A DNA stretch of 64,000 nt, from the NCBI RefSeq assembly GCF_006345805.1, contig NC_043014.1:24490001-24554000 (forward strand), in the 5' to 3' direction. Below, piece by piece: positions 27,033-40,019 of the stretch. Within the stretch, counting starts at the first letter, position 1. Each line of letters opens with the position of its first letter. Made by a program: the position numbers and the translations under genes. This stretch comes from Octopus sinensis. Taxonomy: Eukaryota. The notes below the pieces were generated by a model. The model ran no database searches. It saw only the letters and a program-made list of their open reading frames with translations, and was not told the origin of the DNA.

Positions 27033-29750
27033 TGTAACGAACTTAGTGTGAATAATATTCTCTTGTACTTTCGGGGTACAAGAAAGCTATCACTAGCCGT
27101 TGCTTTAATAATCCAGAATTCTACCAGTCAGAAACAACAAGACGCAGACGTAAAAGATATATATACTACTTTATTCTCTAATGTGGTAACAGTAACAATA
27201 AGTGGTTATCTGGTGTCCTTGGTTCTGGGCGCGCAAGGCTGAAAGTTAATCGATTGTAATATTTACAATGTTCAGCCGCAAAAAACAGAACGGGTTAAAG
27301 ATGGCGTCCGTCATTATGTTGATGTGGTATGCAACAATTTGGTGAAAACCTTCGGCCGACTGCTATCAGAGCTGGACAGCGAGAAAATATACGTCCGTCG
27401 CCTTCGGTCGCTGCTGTCCCAAGTCGTTGGCTGCTGCTGCTAGCGGTCAAACGTTCTACGACCCCCTTGCCTCGCTAACTGCCACGTAGGTAAAAGGGTT
27501 CTTCCGGTGGTTCGCGCATGCGCGAGAGGGCCCTTCCTTTCTGTGCCTTGGTGAAGGCACCAACACTCGCACGCGCGAAATAGAAAATGGACGGTGCGCG
27601 CGCGCGAACCGTTATAGGATCTCTAAGGAAACTTATTGTAGTGACTGCAAAACTCAAGGTGGACACCAGATAACCAAACAGCACACAATATAATAAAATG
27701 GCAAAATTTATAACATACACAAGAAATTTACTAAAGGAAAAAGAGAAAAAAATACTCAATGAGCAAAAATCAAGAGTGCATGCATGAAAGTGTATACGTC
27801 ACAAAGTATAAACCCTTCCGCTGAAAGGAGCGGAGGGAAAGCAAAACTCACAGTCAATGAACCTAGGCGAAATTAAAATCCAACTTCTCTAAAGGTGGTT
27901 GATCCTGCGAAATAGCAGTTAAATCAATTGCTGCAGGAGAGGAAATGGAATCGACAGATAGATCGCTAGTAACACAAAAGGCAAAAGTGCAAGCATTCTG
28001 GTGTGATGCGCGACACAGATAATTTTCCGTTAATTACGTGACCAACAGTGGTCTAACAGGGAAAAATAATTACGCCTAAACATGGCGCAGCGCATGTGAA
28101 CATCCGACGTCCTATGAGTCGGGAAAAAAAACTAAGCTACTGCAAACGTGTTGCAAAAAACAAGGCAAGTACACGTGCGGAGCAAAAGGCGCATGAAATG
28201 CAATAGGGCTTGCCAGACCGAAAAAACAGCAATGAATATGCCAGTGATTGAGCGATTATATGCCTCGTTCGTACAGGAACAAAAGTATGACATGCTGACG
28301 CGTTATAATGGACAAACAACCCTCTCTATGTATACGTGACCCCTAGGGTCTATAGAAATGAGGTGTGTCCACAAAAGGCATATTTAGCATGAAAAAAAAA
28401 CAAGCGAGAAAAGCATGTGTGACGTATGTATGTGAGAGAGATAGCATTTATGTGTGTGTACGTGTGTGCGACAAAAATACATACAAGGTGAAATGCGAGC
28501 AAAGAAAAAATAAATACAGCGCATAGAAAAAATGTCTCTCAAGGCTATTCCAGACAATGGAGTTAGTTTACCAGTCTATAATAGCCTGATGCACAATAGC
28601 AGTTCGTTCTGTAACAGAATGTTGAAATCACAAATGCAGATGCCGGTTGAACACAATGTGTAGCGGTTGTAGCTTCGATGCTGTGACAGGTTAACTGGGT
28701 ACAGAAGAAATCTCGTAGATAGTGCTGGGCTGTTAATTCTTGGTGCGCTAATGCACGAACAGCGTGAAAGCTTAAGTTCCGCGAGTTGCTATGTACATCT
28801 TGTGGAGGTCGACGGTGTTGAAAGGCGACGGTGGTGGTGGCGACTGTAGTGGACTTGAGACAACATTGTTCTTAGTGATGATGGCGACGAAGATAACGAC
28901 GACGTGAAGTAGAAAGACGACGATGGCGATGACGAAGGTGGAGAAAAGGCATCGTTGATATGATGGCGTTCGTCATCATGGCTGTAGAATAAGAAAGAGG
29001 CTCCTTCTACAATTGTTTGTGGTGGCCGGAAACAAATCGTCGAAAGATGATGACTGCGTAGAGTTAAATCGTGTTCCGACTTCGCAGAAAAACTGGATTT
29101 CTTTTGTTGTTAAGTGATCTCTGGTTTTAGACAAGAATCACGTCGGGGTCACCACTGTAACGAACTTAGTGTGAATAATATTCTCTTGTACTTTCGGGGT
29201 ACAAGAAAGCTATCACTAGCCGTTGCTTTAATAATCCAGAATTCTACCAGTCAGAAACAACAAGACGCAGACGTAAAAGATATATATACTACTTTATTCT
29301 CTAATGTGGTAACAGTAACAATAAGTGGTTATCTGGTGTCCTTGGTTCTGGGCGCGCAAGGCTGAAAGTTAATCGATTGTAATATTTACAATGTCCAGCC
29401 GCAAAAATCAGAACGGGTTAAAGATGGCGTCCGTCATTATGTTGATGTGGTCTGCAACAATTTGGTGAAAACCTTCGGCCGACTGCTATCAGAGCTGGAC
29501 AGCGAGAAAATATACGTCCGTCGCCTTCGGTCGCTGCTGTCCCAAGTCGTTGGCTGCTGCTGCTAGCGGTCAAACGTTCTACGACCCCCTTGCCTCGCTA
29601 ACTGCCACGTAGGCAAAAGGGTTCTTCCGGTGGTTCGCGCATGCGCGAGAGGGCCCTTCCTTTCTGTGCCTTGGTGAAGGCACCAACACTCGCACGCGCG
29701 AAATAGAAAATGGACGGTGCGCGCGCGCGCACCGTTATAGGATCACTACA
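27033..29750 (-). mobile_element. Nested non-autonomous LTR element (595-bp LTRs, 1.5-kb non-coding interior)
   Basis: Direct repeats 27033-27627 and 29156-29750 (TGTAACG..CACTACA on +); TSD TACG at 27029-27032 and 29751-29754; PBS on the minus strand; no retroelement ORF inside. Confidence 0.93.
29136..29154 (-). promoter_or_regulatory. Full-length tRNA-Trp primer-binding site
   Basis: Minus strand TGGTGACCCCGACGTGATT, one base after the LTR terminus ..TTACA. Confidence 0.9.
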
Positions 29751-30876
29751 TACGTAACGATGCAGCTCATAATTCACTGAAATATAAATACACCGGACCT
29801 TTTAAAGTCTTGTCAGTTAGAGACAAAACTATGACTTTGGAAATGAAGGGAAAGAAAGAAATTGTCAGTGTCGTCAGAGTAAAAAAAGCTTACTTCGATC
29901 AATATTCAGGTCATGTAAACGGAGATGTGAGCAACACGTATCAACATAACGTGAGGCGAAGTGATATTCAAAGAAACAAATCCGATGTTGATGGAAAAAC
30001 AAAATCAATTTTAAAATTACCTAGAGATGTGAAAAAGACTAGAAGTGGCAGAATTGTACATTTCCCAAAAAAACTTTCTTAGTTTGTTTGAAGAATTTCA
30101 AAAAAATTTGGTTTATATTCATGGATTTTAGGTAAAATTACAGATTAACACCCGCACGATTTTCACTAAGAAAAAAATAAAAACTCGGATTTTTTGCGTG
30201 GAATCAGGTACCCTGACCTCCTAATATGCTGCAAATCCCATATTTTGGTCCGGAATTGCTCCGGAAAGGTGGGGGTAACCCCCCCTCGGAATTTTCACAA
30301 AGAAAAAAAAAACCCTCAGATTTCTTGCCTGGAATCAAGTACCCTGACCTCCTAATATGCTGCAAATCCCATATTTTGGTCCGGAAAGGGGGGGGGATAC
30401 CCCCCCCCCGGAATTTTCACATGGAAAAAAAAAATCAGATTTTTTGCGTGGAATCAAGTAACCTGACCTCAAAAACAAAAAAAACCCGAATTTTTTAGAT
30501 ACCTTTCTGCTTTTTAAGACAATAAAGTGTTATTGGAGGGAAATCTGGCTGCTATTTCTAGCTGCCTGAATGACAACATAGCGATTTACAGATAAATGAA
30601 TTAATTACTATTTAACGGAATAAAATTAATGAATTAATTATATAAATTAAATAATTCTTGAAAATTAATTAATATTAATAATATTTTTTGAACAAATGGC
30701 GGTGCCCCAGCATGGCCACAGCTCATAAGCTGAAACTAGAATCAATCAAAGTAAATAATTTATAAAACTTAAATAATAATTTTTTTTACACAAACGCGAA
30801 CGTATATAATTTGTGAAACTTTTTTTTTTTTTACAGACGTATATAATTTGGTAAACTTAATGAATTAATTTCTTCA

Positions 30877-31177
30877 CATCATCATCATCGTTTAACGTCC
30901 GTTCTCCATGCTAGCATGGGTTGGACGGTTCGACCGGGGATCTGGGAAGCCAGAAGGCTGCCAACGGCCACGGTCGGATTGGTGCCAGTCGAGGCGGCTC
31001 TGGCATCGGCCACGATTCGGATAGTGCTTTTTACGTACCACCAGTCCAGGGGTCCTGGCATCTGCCGGGTGCCACACTTACCCCAACATGACTTCGCAAG
31101 CAAAGGGGGTTGGCATGGGTGCCTGTCGTCGGATGAGGTTCGATATCAACTTCGCTTGCCTCAACAGGTCTTTGTGT
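30877..31177 (-). mobile_element. Short retroposon with (GAT)n tail (RTE-type tail), copy in the left foldback arm
   Basis: CATCATCATCGTTTAACGTCCGTTCTCCATGCTAGCATGGG..; mirrored almost exactly at 31762-32062; relatives at ~56530-56640 and ~62260-62560. Confidence 0.65.
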
Positions 31178-31364
31178 ATAAATGTATAAATTTTTCGCAC
31201 TAAATTCTTTCCGTAGAATTTATCAAACAACGCGCAAAATTATTCCGTAGAATTTATCAAATTAAAAAACGCAAAATTAATATATTTTTTGAAATTGCAA
31301 ATTATTTAGAATATAAAACAAATGAAGTTAAATTTTAAAAATAAATTTTAAAAATAAAAATAAA

Positions 31365-31584
31365 CTTATACTCTGTAAGGTGCTGTGTTCACACTTCAAT
31401 TTACTACTTTCTAGAAATGTTGCTTTTCTAATTGAAACCATTTTTTTCAAGCTCCATTTAAAAGTCCATCATGTCTCTTGAGCCATATCAAAATGAACAA
31501 CTTTGAATTACGCGGCGGCGGTGGTGGTGGTGGTGGTGTGAGGTTCTAATTGAAGTGTGAACACAGCACCTTACAGAATATAAG
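31365..31584. mobile_element. Small TA-flanked MITE at the centre of the foldback
   Basis: 37-bp inverted ends CTTATACTCTGTAAGGTGCTGTGTTCACACTTCAATT and AATTGAAGTGTGAACACAGCACCTTACAGAATATAAG around a unique 146-bp spacer. Confidence 0.6.
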
Positions 31585-31761
31585 TATATGACATTTATTT
31601 TTAAAATTTAACTTCATTTGTTTTATATTCTAAATAATTTGCAATTTCAAAAAATATATTAATTTTGCGTTTTTTAATTTGATAAATTCTACGGAATAAT
31701 TTTGCGCGTTGTTTGATAAATTCTACGGAAAGAATTTAGTGCGAAAAATTTATACATTTAT

Positions 31762-32062
31762 ACACAAAGACCTGTTGAGGCAAGCGAAGTTGATATCGAA
31801 CCTCATCCGATGACAGGCACCCATGCCAACCCCCTTTGCTTGCGAAGTCATGTTGGGGTAAGTGTGGCACCCGGCAGATGCCAGGACCCCTGGACTGGTG
31901 GTACGTAAAAAGCACTATCCGAATCGTGGCCGATGCCAGAGCCGCCTCGACTGGCACCAATCCGACCGTGGCCGTTGGCAGCCTTCTGGCTTCCCAGATC
32001 CCCGGTCGAACCGTCCAACCCATGCTAGCATGGAGAACGGACGTTAAACGATGATGATGATG
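31762..32062 (+). mobile_element. Mirror copy of the (GAT)n-tailed retroposon in the right foldback arm
   Basis: Reverse complement of 30877-31177 with about one substitution seen. Confidence 0.65.
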
Positions 32063-32993
32063 TGAAGAAATTAATTCATTAAGTTTACCAAATTATATAC
32101 GTCTGTAAAAAAAAAAAAAGTTTCACAAATTATATACGTTCGCGTTTGTGTAAAAAAAATTATTATTTAAGTTTTATAAATTATTTACTTTGTTCAAAAA
32201 ATATTATTGATATTAATTAATTTTCAAGAATTATTTAATTTATATAATTAATTCATTAATTTTATTCTGTTAAATAGTAATTAATTCATTTATCTGTAAA
32301 TCGCTATGTTGTCATTCAGGCAGCTAGAAATAGCAGCCAGATTTCCCACCAATAACACTTTATTGTCTTAAAAAGCAGAAAGGTATCTAAAAAATTCGTT
32401 TTTTTGTTTTTGTTTTTGAGGTCAGGTTACTTGATTCCACGCAAAAAATCTGATTTTTTTTTCCATGTGAAAATTCCGGGGGGGGGGGTGTTACCCCCCT
32501 TCCCGGACCAAAATATGGGATTTGCAGCATATTAGGAGGTCAGGGTACTTGATTCCACGCAAGAAATCTGAGGGTTTTTTTTTTCCTTGTGAAAATTCCG
32601 AGGGGGGGTTACCCCCCCCTTTCCGGAGCAATTCCGGACCAAAATATGGGATTTGCAGCATATTAGGAGGTCAGGGTACTTGATTCCACGCAAAAAATCC
32701 GAGTTTTTTTTTTTCCTTAGTGAAAATCGTGCGGGTATTAATCTGTAATTTTACCGGATTTTATATAAAACAAAAAAAAAAAGGAAATCTTTTTTCCAGT
32801 GAAGTGAAATGAACAGTATACGAACACGATAAATGTAAGCCGTATTGGAAAGGCTAAATTCATATGTTTAACATGTAAATTATAAATGCATTTGTATATA
32901 TGTTGCAAACATTAATTCAGAGGTTGTAAAAATAAAAATGTATAACGAATTTCCTTTCGCAAAATTTTAACAATTTTTCTGGCGAGAGGCTGA

Positions 32994-33778
32994 TTTAGCA
33001 GTAGCAGTTTCAGCCATTTTGAAATGTGGCTGTAGCGGTCTCTGATATCCTCACTGTTTGAGAGACACGACAGAAATGATCTCGTTTGAGATTACAGCCA
33101 TCTTCGGCCGAGTTGTTCCTGTTGTAACCACTAACCTGATTGGTTGACGTGTGACGCGATTTGTCTCTACTTATTTCGCGCCACTGTCCCAAGCCAACCA
33201 ATCACGGCCTTTGGTTAAGGTCCCATTTCTTAGGCTCGTTTGAGCCTCCTAACCTGTATATAAGGGAGTGTTTTCAGTATACTTGCGTCTTTGGTTCTAG
33301 TCCTTATAAGGACTATATTCAGACCACAGAGCTACTCAACCCGGCGACAGACGATTGCTCCTGCTACAACCAGCGACGACGCCAGCATGTATCCAGCACC
33401 GCAGAAAGCCTACTATCTTCCCCGCCGTCGTCACCATCATTGTACTAACTTCAAGTCGTCTCTACCATCGCCGTCATACGAACTGTAAACCAATTTCCAT
33501 TATTAACTCTACGCTCTGTACTTTTTATGCCACACGCATTCACCCTGATTGTATCTGTCACACACACGAACACACAGACACAAACACGTGTTGCATACGC
33601 ACACACGTACTAACACTTACAAACTTCTAACATTAACACGATTGTAAATAAAATAATATCTATATCTCTAACAGTAAAGCTTGTCGTCCATTCACCTATG
33701 TTTTTTTGGCACTGTATTGTATTTATGGCTTATCTTAATTCGTTAAGAATGCGACCACGTGCGGTCGTATTTCTTACA
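32994..33778 (+). repeat. 3' LTR (type A, 785 bp)
   Basis: TTTAGCAG (TG>TT) ..CTTACA, followed by TSD GTTT. Confidence 0.95.
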
Positions 33779-34030
33779 GTTTATTCATACGTTTCGTCTC
33801 ATTCGATACCCTGACCCCAATGTTTGTTTTGTTTGTCCTCGTACCGCCCCCTCTTTTCTTAACCTCATTGTTTATAAAGAAATTGACTGTAAATTACACA
33901 TTCTTATTTAATTGTATATATTTTAATCGTTTATTCATACTCGATACCCTGACCCCAATGTTTGTTTTGTCAGTCCTCGTATCATCCCTTCTTTTTCTCA
34001 ACCTTATGGTTAATAAAGAAATTGACTGGA
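33779..34030. repeat. Continuation of the ~160-bp tandem repeat
   Basis: Two further diverged units. Confidence 0.85.
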
Positions 34031-34929
34031 ATTGTTTTGCGTCTTCAAGCTTTCTCTCTCACTCTCTCTCTCTTTCTTTCGCAGTTTTCCTCTTGCTATT
34101 AAAACAATAAAATGTCCAAAATGATTCAATGTTTCAATTGAAAAACGTATACGAATGTATTAGACCATATCTTCCTAAAGTGGGCGATTTCAACTTACAG
34201 GTGGGCAATGGGTGAATTTCTATAAAATTGTAGGCAATTTGAGATTTTGGCAGTTGATGTGAACATTTTGTGAATGGCAAAGAATATTTAGAAATTAATT
34301 CTGCATTTATTTATATCTAGGCATGCCTAGAATAAGGATGCACTTTTACCGATTCGACTTTTACCGATGAGACGTCTCTTTGTATTAAGACAAGCGGACT
34401 TGGTTATCGACCGAATATTTTTGTCGCACAGTCATCGAGATGGTTTTCATATGTGCTGAAATTAGCAGCCAAACAGGCCTAGGCCTTAAATCACGCTCCA
34501 CCACAATTTTTTTTCACATAATCGTATGACGTCCTGCGTGTAGAATACAAATTCGCAAAAAATTTCTGAAAACTCCGGAAAATAAAAAAACTTATGAGGA
34601 GTTGTGTGTCGTACATAATTCTACAGTTTCATATCAAAGCACAAGTGCTATTTTCAGGATGCTCACACAATGTGCAGTTATTCACGAAATGACAGCTTTG
34701 AAATCGTGCTTTTTGACTGGGTGAAAATTATCAGACTTCAAACATTTACAACTTTAAAAAAAAAATTTCTTCAAATACTGGCAGCCAAACGAAGACATGT
34801 CATCTGACTCTACTCTATCGACTTCTGGCGCCATCCATAGAAATTCATTTTCACATTTTCACTTTACTGATGCCCCCAGTCAAAAAATTTAGCATAGTAC
34901 AATCGTGATTATTTATCATTTGGATTTAT

Positions 34930-35400
34930 TCCCTCTCTATAGAACTGTCAGTTACCAATATGCCTTCATTGCCATCAAACGTTGACCAGGGAAGCAATGA
35001 AACCTTCACGCTTGAAGAGTCACTTTGATGCAAAACATTCTGAGTAGAAGGACAAGCCATTGTCATACTTTTTGCAATTGAGTGCCTCTTTCAAAAAGCA
35101 AATACAAACATTCAGCACGCTAATACAGGAAAGTAGTGAGCAGGAGAATGATGGATTGATTGCATTGTACACCGCATGGCTTGTTGCTATGTCTGGGAAA
35201 TCTCACACAATTGGAGAAACATTACTTCGCTCGGTTAGCGAAGAGGTTTTGTCAACCGTTATGCACGAAAAAACCGATAATATTATAAAGAAGATCCCAG
35301 TTTCTTGATGCATCAATGATATGGCCAAGGATATCAATTATCAGCTCATTGATATTTTCCAGTCTCATGAATTTTCTACTACAAGTGGATGAGTCAAATG
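34930..35400 (+). mobile_element. hAT (Buster/Charlie-like) transposase fragment
   Basis: EAMKPSRLKSHFDAKH..KSHTIGETLL..CINDMAKDI..FS(L)QVDES with stops and frameshifts. Confidence 0.8.
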
Positions 35401-35409
35401 TTTTGAACA

Positions 35410-36090
35410 ATACATACGTACGTATATAATACATACGTATGTATGTATGTATGTATGTATGTATGTATGTATGTATGTATGTATGTGTATGTATGTATGT
35501 ATGTATGTATGTATGTATGTATGTATGTATGTATGCAGGTATGTACGTATGTATGTAGGTAAGTATGTATGCATGCATGCATGTATGCATATATGCATGT
35601 ATGTATGTATATATGTAAGCATGTATGAATGTATGTGTGCATGTAATCAGGTACGGATGTATGTATGTATCGAAGAGATCACTGAAATCACAAATGTGCA
35701 TAGAAAGCTAAACTGAACAAAATTCCAAATGAGTACTTGTTATTTTTTTTGTGACTTGTCATTTTTCTGACATGCACTTATTGTACTAATGCCTTTTCGG
35801 TAAATATATATTAGATTACATTTATCAAACAGTCGCAAGATCGTCATAGAAAACTAAATGAGTCAAATTATTCCGAAGAAGAATAAAAATATTTATAATA
35901 ATGATAAGAAAAATAACAATAATAATAAGAAAAATAAAAATAATAACAATAATAACAATAAAAATAACATGAAAAAATAACAGCAATGATATGAATAACA
36001 ATAATAATAATAATAATAACAATAACGATAATAATAAAAATAATAATAATAATAATCAAAAAAGTAATATTAATAACAACAAAAATAATG

Positions 36091-36161
<71 letters not shown>

Positions 36162-36185
36162 AACAATAATAATAATAATAAGGAA
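35410..36185. repeat. (TATG)n and (AAT)n microsatellite tracts
   Basis: Directly visible. Confidence 0.9.
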
Positions 36186-36289
36186 GAAGAACAGCCTGTC
36201 CTGGTAGCAGCTGGAGTGTCTTTCACTGCTCTGACAAGTCAGCAGCTGAAGACACAGGAATTCTACTACAAGTGAAAAACAACTTTTAA

Positions 36290-37165
<876 letters not shown>

Positions 37166-37502
37166 AGCAATTTATATATATAGAAATTATATATATGTGA
37201 GTATGTATATTTTATCTCTGTCTTTCTATCGGTAATTAAAACGCACAAAGTGAGTTGGTAGTAAACACATATTTGACCTCTACTGACCGCTCCTTTGCTG
37301 GACCACATGGGTACAATCACTCTTTCACCCCTCGCCTACTCCTATTGAGTCTATTTATAGACTAACGATATCTAACTGTATGACTGCCATCCTGCCTATC
37401 TGCCCACTCCTTCCTCTAAATAATAATAATAATACACTGTTGCTATGACTACAAGGAGTGACCACAGGCTGGCTACGGCTGCTATAATGGTACGATTATA
37501 AT

Positions 37503-38643
37503 TGTAACGGCAATGATGGCCGTCTCCCCGCGAGGCACTCAGAGCTAAAAAATGATAACATTATCGTAGCACCAAAATGTTTTTGGAAACTAAAAGGAAA
37601 ACTAAATCAGTATACCAAATCGCTTGTCCTATGGTTAATCTGGAAGCGCGTCCGCCAGGGAAGAGCCAGCCTGGGATCGAAAAGTCATCAGCTGGCACAA
37701 ACTCTTCTCCGAATATGGACATGGATGGTCACTTGAATGGGAAATTCCCCAACTCAAGCCCTCCAAGTTCACCACCACAACCACCACAGAAAGAAAAATG
37801 TAAGCGGAACAAATGGGCCTACTATTAGGTAGACCATCTCAAGAGAGACACACCGCAAACTCTTACAGTATATAGAGAACACGGAATCAAGACAGTAGAC
37901 CCTATTTGGACGAGAACAAATTGGCAAATGTGAGGAGGTACTCAACATGTTCCAGTTCCAGCGACAGACGATCAGCCACGACAATGCTAATGTACACCCG
38001 CAACAGAACGCTTTCTATCTCCGCTGCCGTCGTCACCATCATTGTACCAACTTCAAGTCGTCTCTACCATCGTCGCCATCACCATCGTCCACTTCAGACA
38101 TGTACACACCAACTTCACAGATCCACGCTGTTAGAGTAAATCCCTTCACCAAGTAGAAACAGTCCATCTGAAGAATTCTATATTAAGCGAACCAGCTCGG
38201 CGATTGAGACCACGAACGCGGCTCAACAATAATTCGCCCAACCAGTCTCCACCCGAGACACATCTTGATATTGAACTCTTACATTTCGTGTACCTCATGA
38301 ACTGTAAACCAATTTCCATCATTAACTCTATGCTCTGTACTTTCAGTGTCACACGCATTCACCCTCATTGTATCTGTCACACGCACGAACACACAGACAC
38401 AAACATGTGTTGCATGCACACATACACAACACTTGCTAGCACTCACAACCTTCTAACCTTAACACCATTGTAAATAAAATCTTATCTATTTCTCAAACAG
38501 CGGAACGGCTTATCGTCATTAATCTATATTCTGTTGGCACTGCGTTGTATAAATTGTATTTGTGGCTTATCTTATTTCATTAGGGATGCGACCGTGTGAC
38601 TTACCTATGTTGCCAACATCAACATACGGTCGTATTTCCTACA
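37503..38643 (+). mobile_element. Older solo-LTR-like sequence (type C), 3' half homologous to LTR type A
   Basis: Shares ..CGTCGTCACCATCATTGTA..GAACTGTAAACCAATTTCC..CGGTCGTATTTC(C/T)TACA with LTR A. The 5' boundary (TGTAACGG at 37503) is tentative and no TSD was found. Confidence 0.65.
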
Positions 38644-38644
38644 T

Positions 38645-39097
38645 ATATATAGCAAAATGTTATTAGTCTGAAAAGTGTTTCTCAAAAAATGAAATGTCAC
38701 AAATGTGTTAATAGTACGCTGAAAAACAAGAAATTTGCATTTGCAATATTATTCATATTTTCAACCTTATTTGCAAACTATTGACATTTTTGTATTGTGA
38801 GAAATTTTGTGATTTCAGTGATCTCCTTGATGAATATAATCTTATTAATAGTCGGCTAACATATACTCTCTCTTTTTACTCTTTTACTTGTTTCAGTCAT
38901 TTGACTGCGGCCATGCTGGAGCACCGCCTTTAATCGAGCAACTTGACCCCGGGACTTATTCTTTTGTAAGCCCAGTACTTATTCTATCGGTCTTTTTTGC
39001 CGAACTGCTAAGTAACGGGGACATAAACACACCAGCATCGGTTGTCAAGCAATGCTTGGGGACAAACACAGACACACAAACACACACACGCATATAT

Positions 39098-39140
<43 letters not shown>

Positions 39141-40019
39141 GACGGGATTCTTTCAGTTTCCGTCTACCAAATCCACTCGCAAGGCTTTGGTTGGCCCGAG
39201 GCTATAGAAGAAGACACTTGACCAAGGTGCCACGCAGTGGGACTGAACCCGGAACCATGTGGTTGGTAGACAAGCTACTTACCACACAGCCACTGTTAGA
39301 TTGAAAAGAGTTTTTCACAGAAATGAGATGTCATAAATAGCACACCTAAAATCTGTGACAAATTTTGTCATTTCAGTGATCTCTTTGATAAATATAATCT
39401 TATAAATAATCGGCTAATATATATATAGCAAAATGTTATTAGTGTTTCTCAAAAATTTCATTTTTTGAGAAACACTTTTCAGACTAATAATATTTTGGTG
39501 TATATATCTTAGCCGATTATTAATAAGATTATATTGATCAAAGAGATCACTGAAATCACAAAACTTCTCACAGTTTTAAGGTGTACTATTAACACATTTA
39601 TAACATGTCATTTCTGTGAAAAACAATTTTCAGTCTAATAACATTTTGGTATATATATGTTAGCTGACTAACAAAAAGATTATATTTATTGAGATCGCTG
39701 AAATCACAAAATTATTCACAATAAAAAAATATCAATATTTTGCAAATAAGCTTGAAAATATGAATAATATTGCAAATGCAAATTTCTTGTTTTTCAGTGG
39801 ATTATTAACACATTTGTGACATTTCATCTTTTTGAGAAACAGTTTTCAGACTAATTACATTTTGCTATATATATTATAGCTGATTATTAATAAGATTATA
39901 TTTATCAAAAAGAACATTGAAATCACAAAATGTCTCACAGTTTTTAAGTGTACTATTAACACATTTATGACATTTCATTTCTGTTAAAAACACGTTTTGG
40001 ACTAATAATATTTTGGTAT
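38645..40019. repeat. ~130-140-bp satellite array, switching polarity near 39450 and interrupted by a SINE
   Basis: Units ..GTGATTTCAGTGATCTC..ATATAATCTTATTAATA.TCGGCTAA.. on + (38645-39450) and reversed (39470-40019); resumes at 42289-42465. Confidence 0.8.
38870..39294 (-). mobile_element. Full-length SINE family 1
   Basis: tRNA-like head (AGTGGCTGTGTGGTAAGTAGCTTG..GGTTCCGGGTTCAGTCCC), central (TA)n and tail. Confidence 0.85.

Larger units (their letters stand above)
23374..30082 (+). pseudogene. gag-pol of element A (interrupted at 27033-29750)
   Basis: 704-aa ORF: gag ([18 protein letters not shown]), [40 protein letters not shown]. Then frameshifted RH (MVDASDVGIG..RELLAAYL) and IN ([35 protein letters not shown]), with the C-terminus at 29755-30082. 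Several indels and one stop. Confidence 0.93.
30131..32755. mobile_element. 2.6-kb foldback DNA transposon derivative, Merlin-like termini
   Basis: Termini GGTAAAATTACAG and CTGTAATTTTACC; 8-bp TSD GGATTTTA (30123-30130, 32756-32763); ~1.2-kb inverted arms with ~125-bp subrepeats near the ends; absent from sister element B. Confidence 0.88.
22383..33778 (+). mobile_element. Ty3/Gypsy LTR retrotransposon A, both LTRs present, defective, with nested insertions
   Basis: LTRs 22383-23170 and 32994-33778; 4-bp TSD GTTT (removing the element restores the flanking tandem unit); PBS; gag-PR-RT-RH-IN order; PPT-like GGCGAGAGGCTGA before the 3' LTR. Confidence 0.96.
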
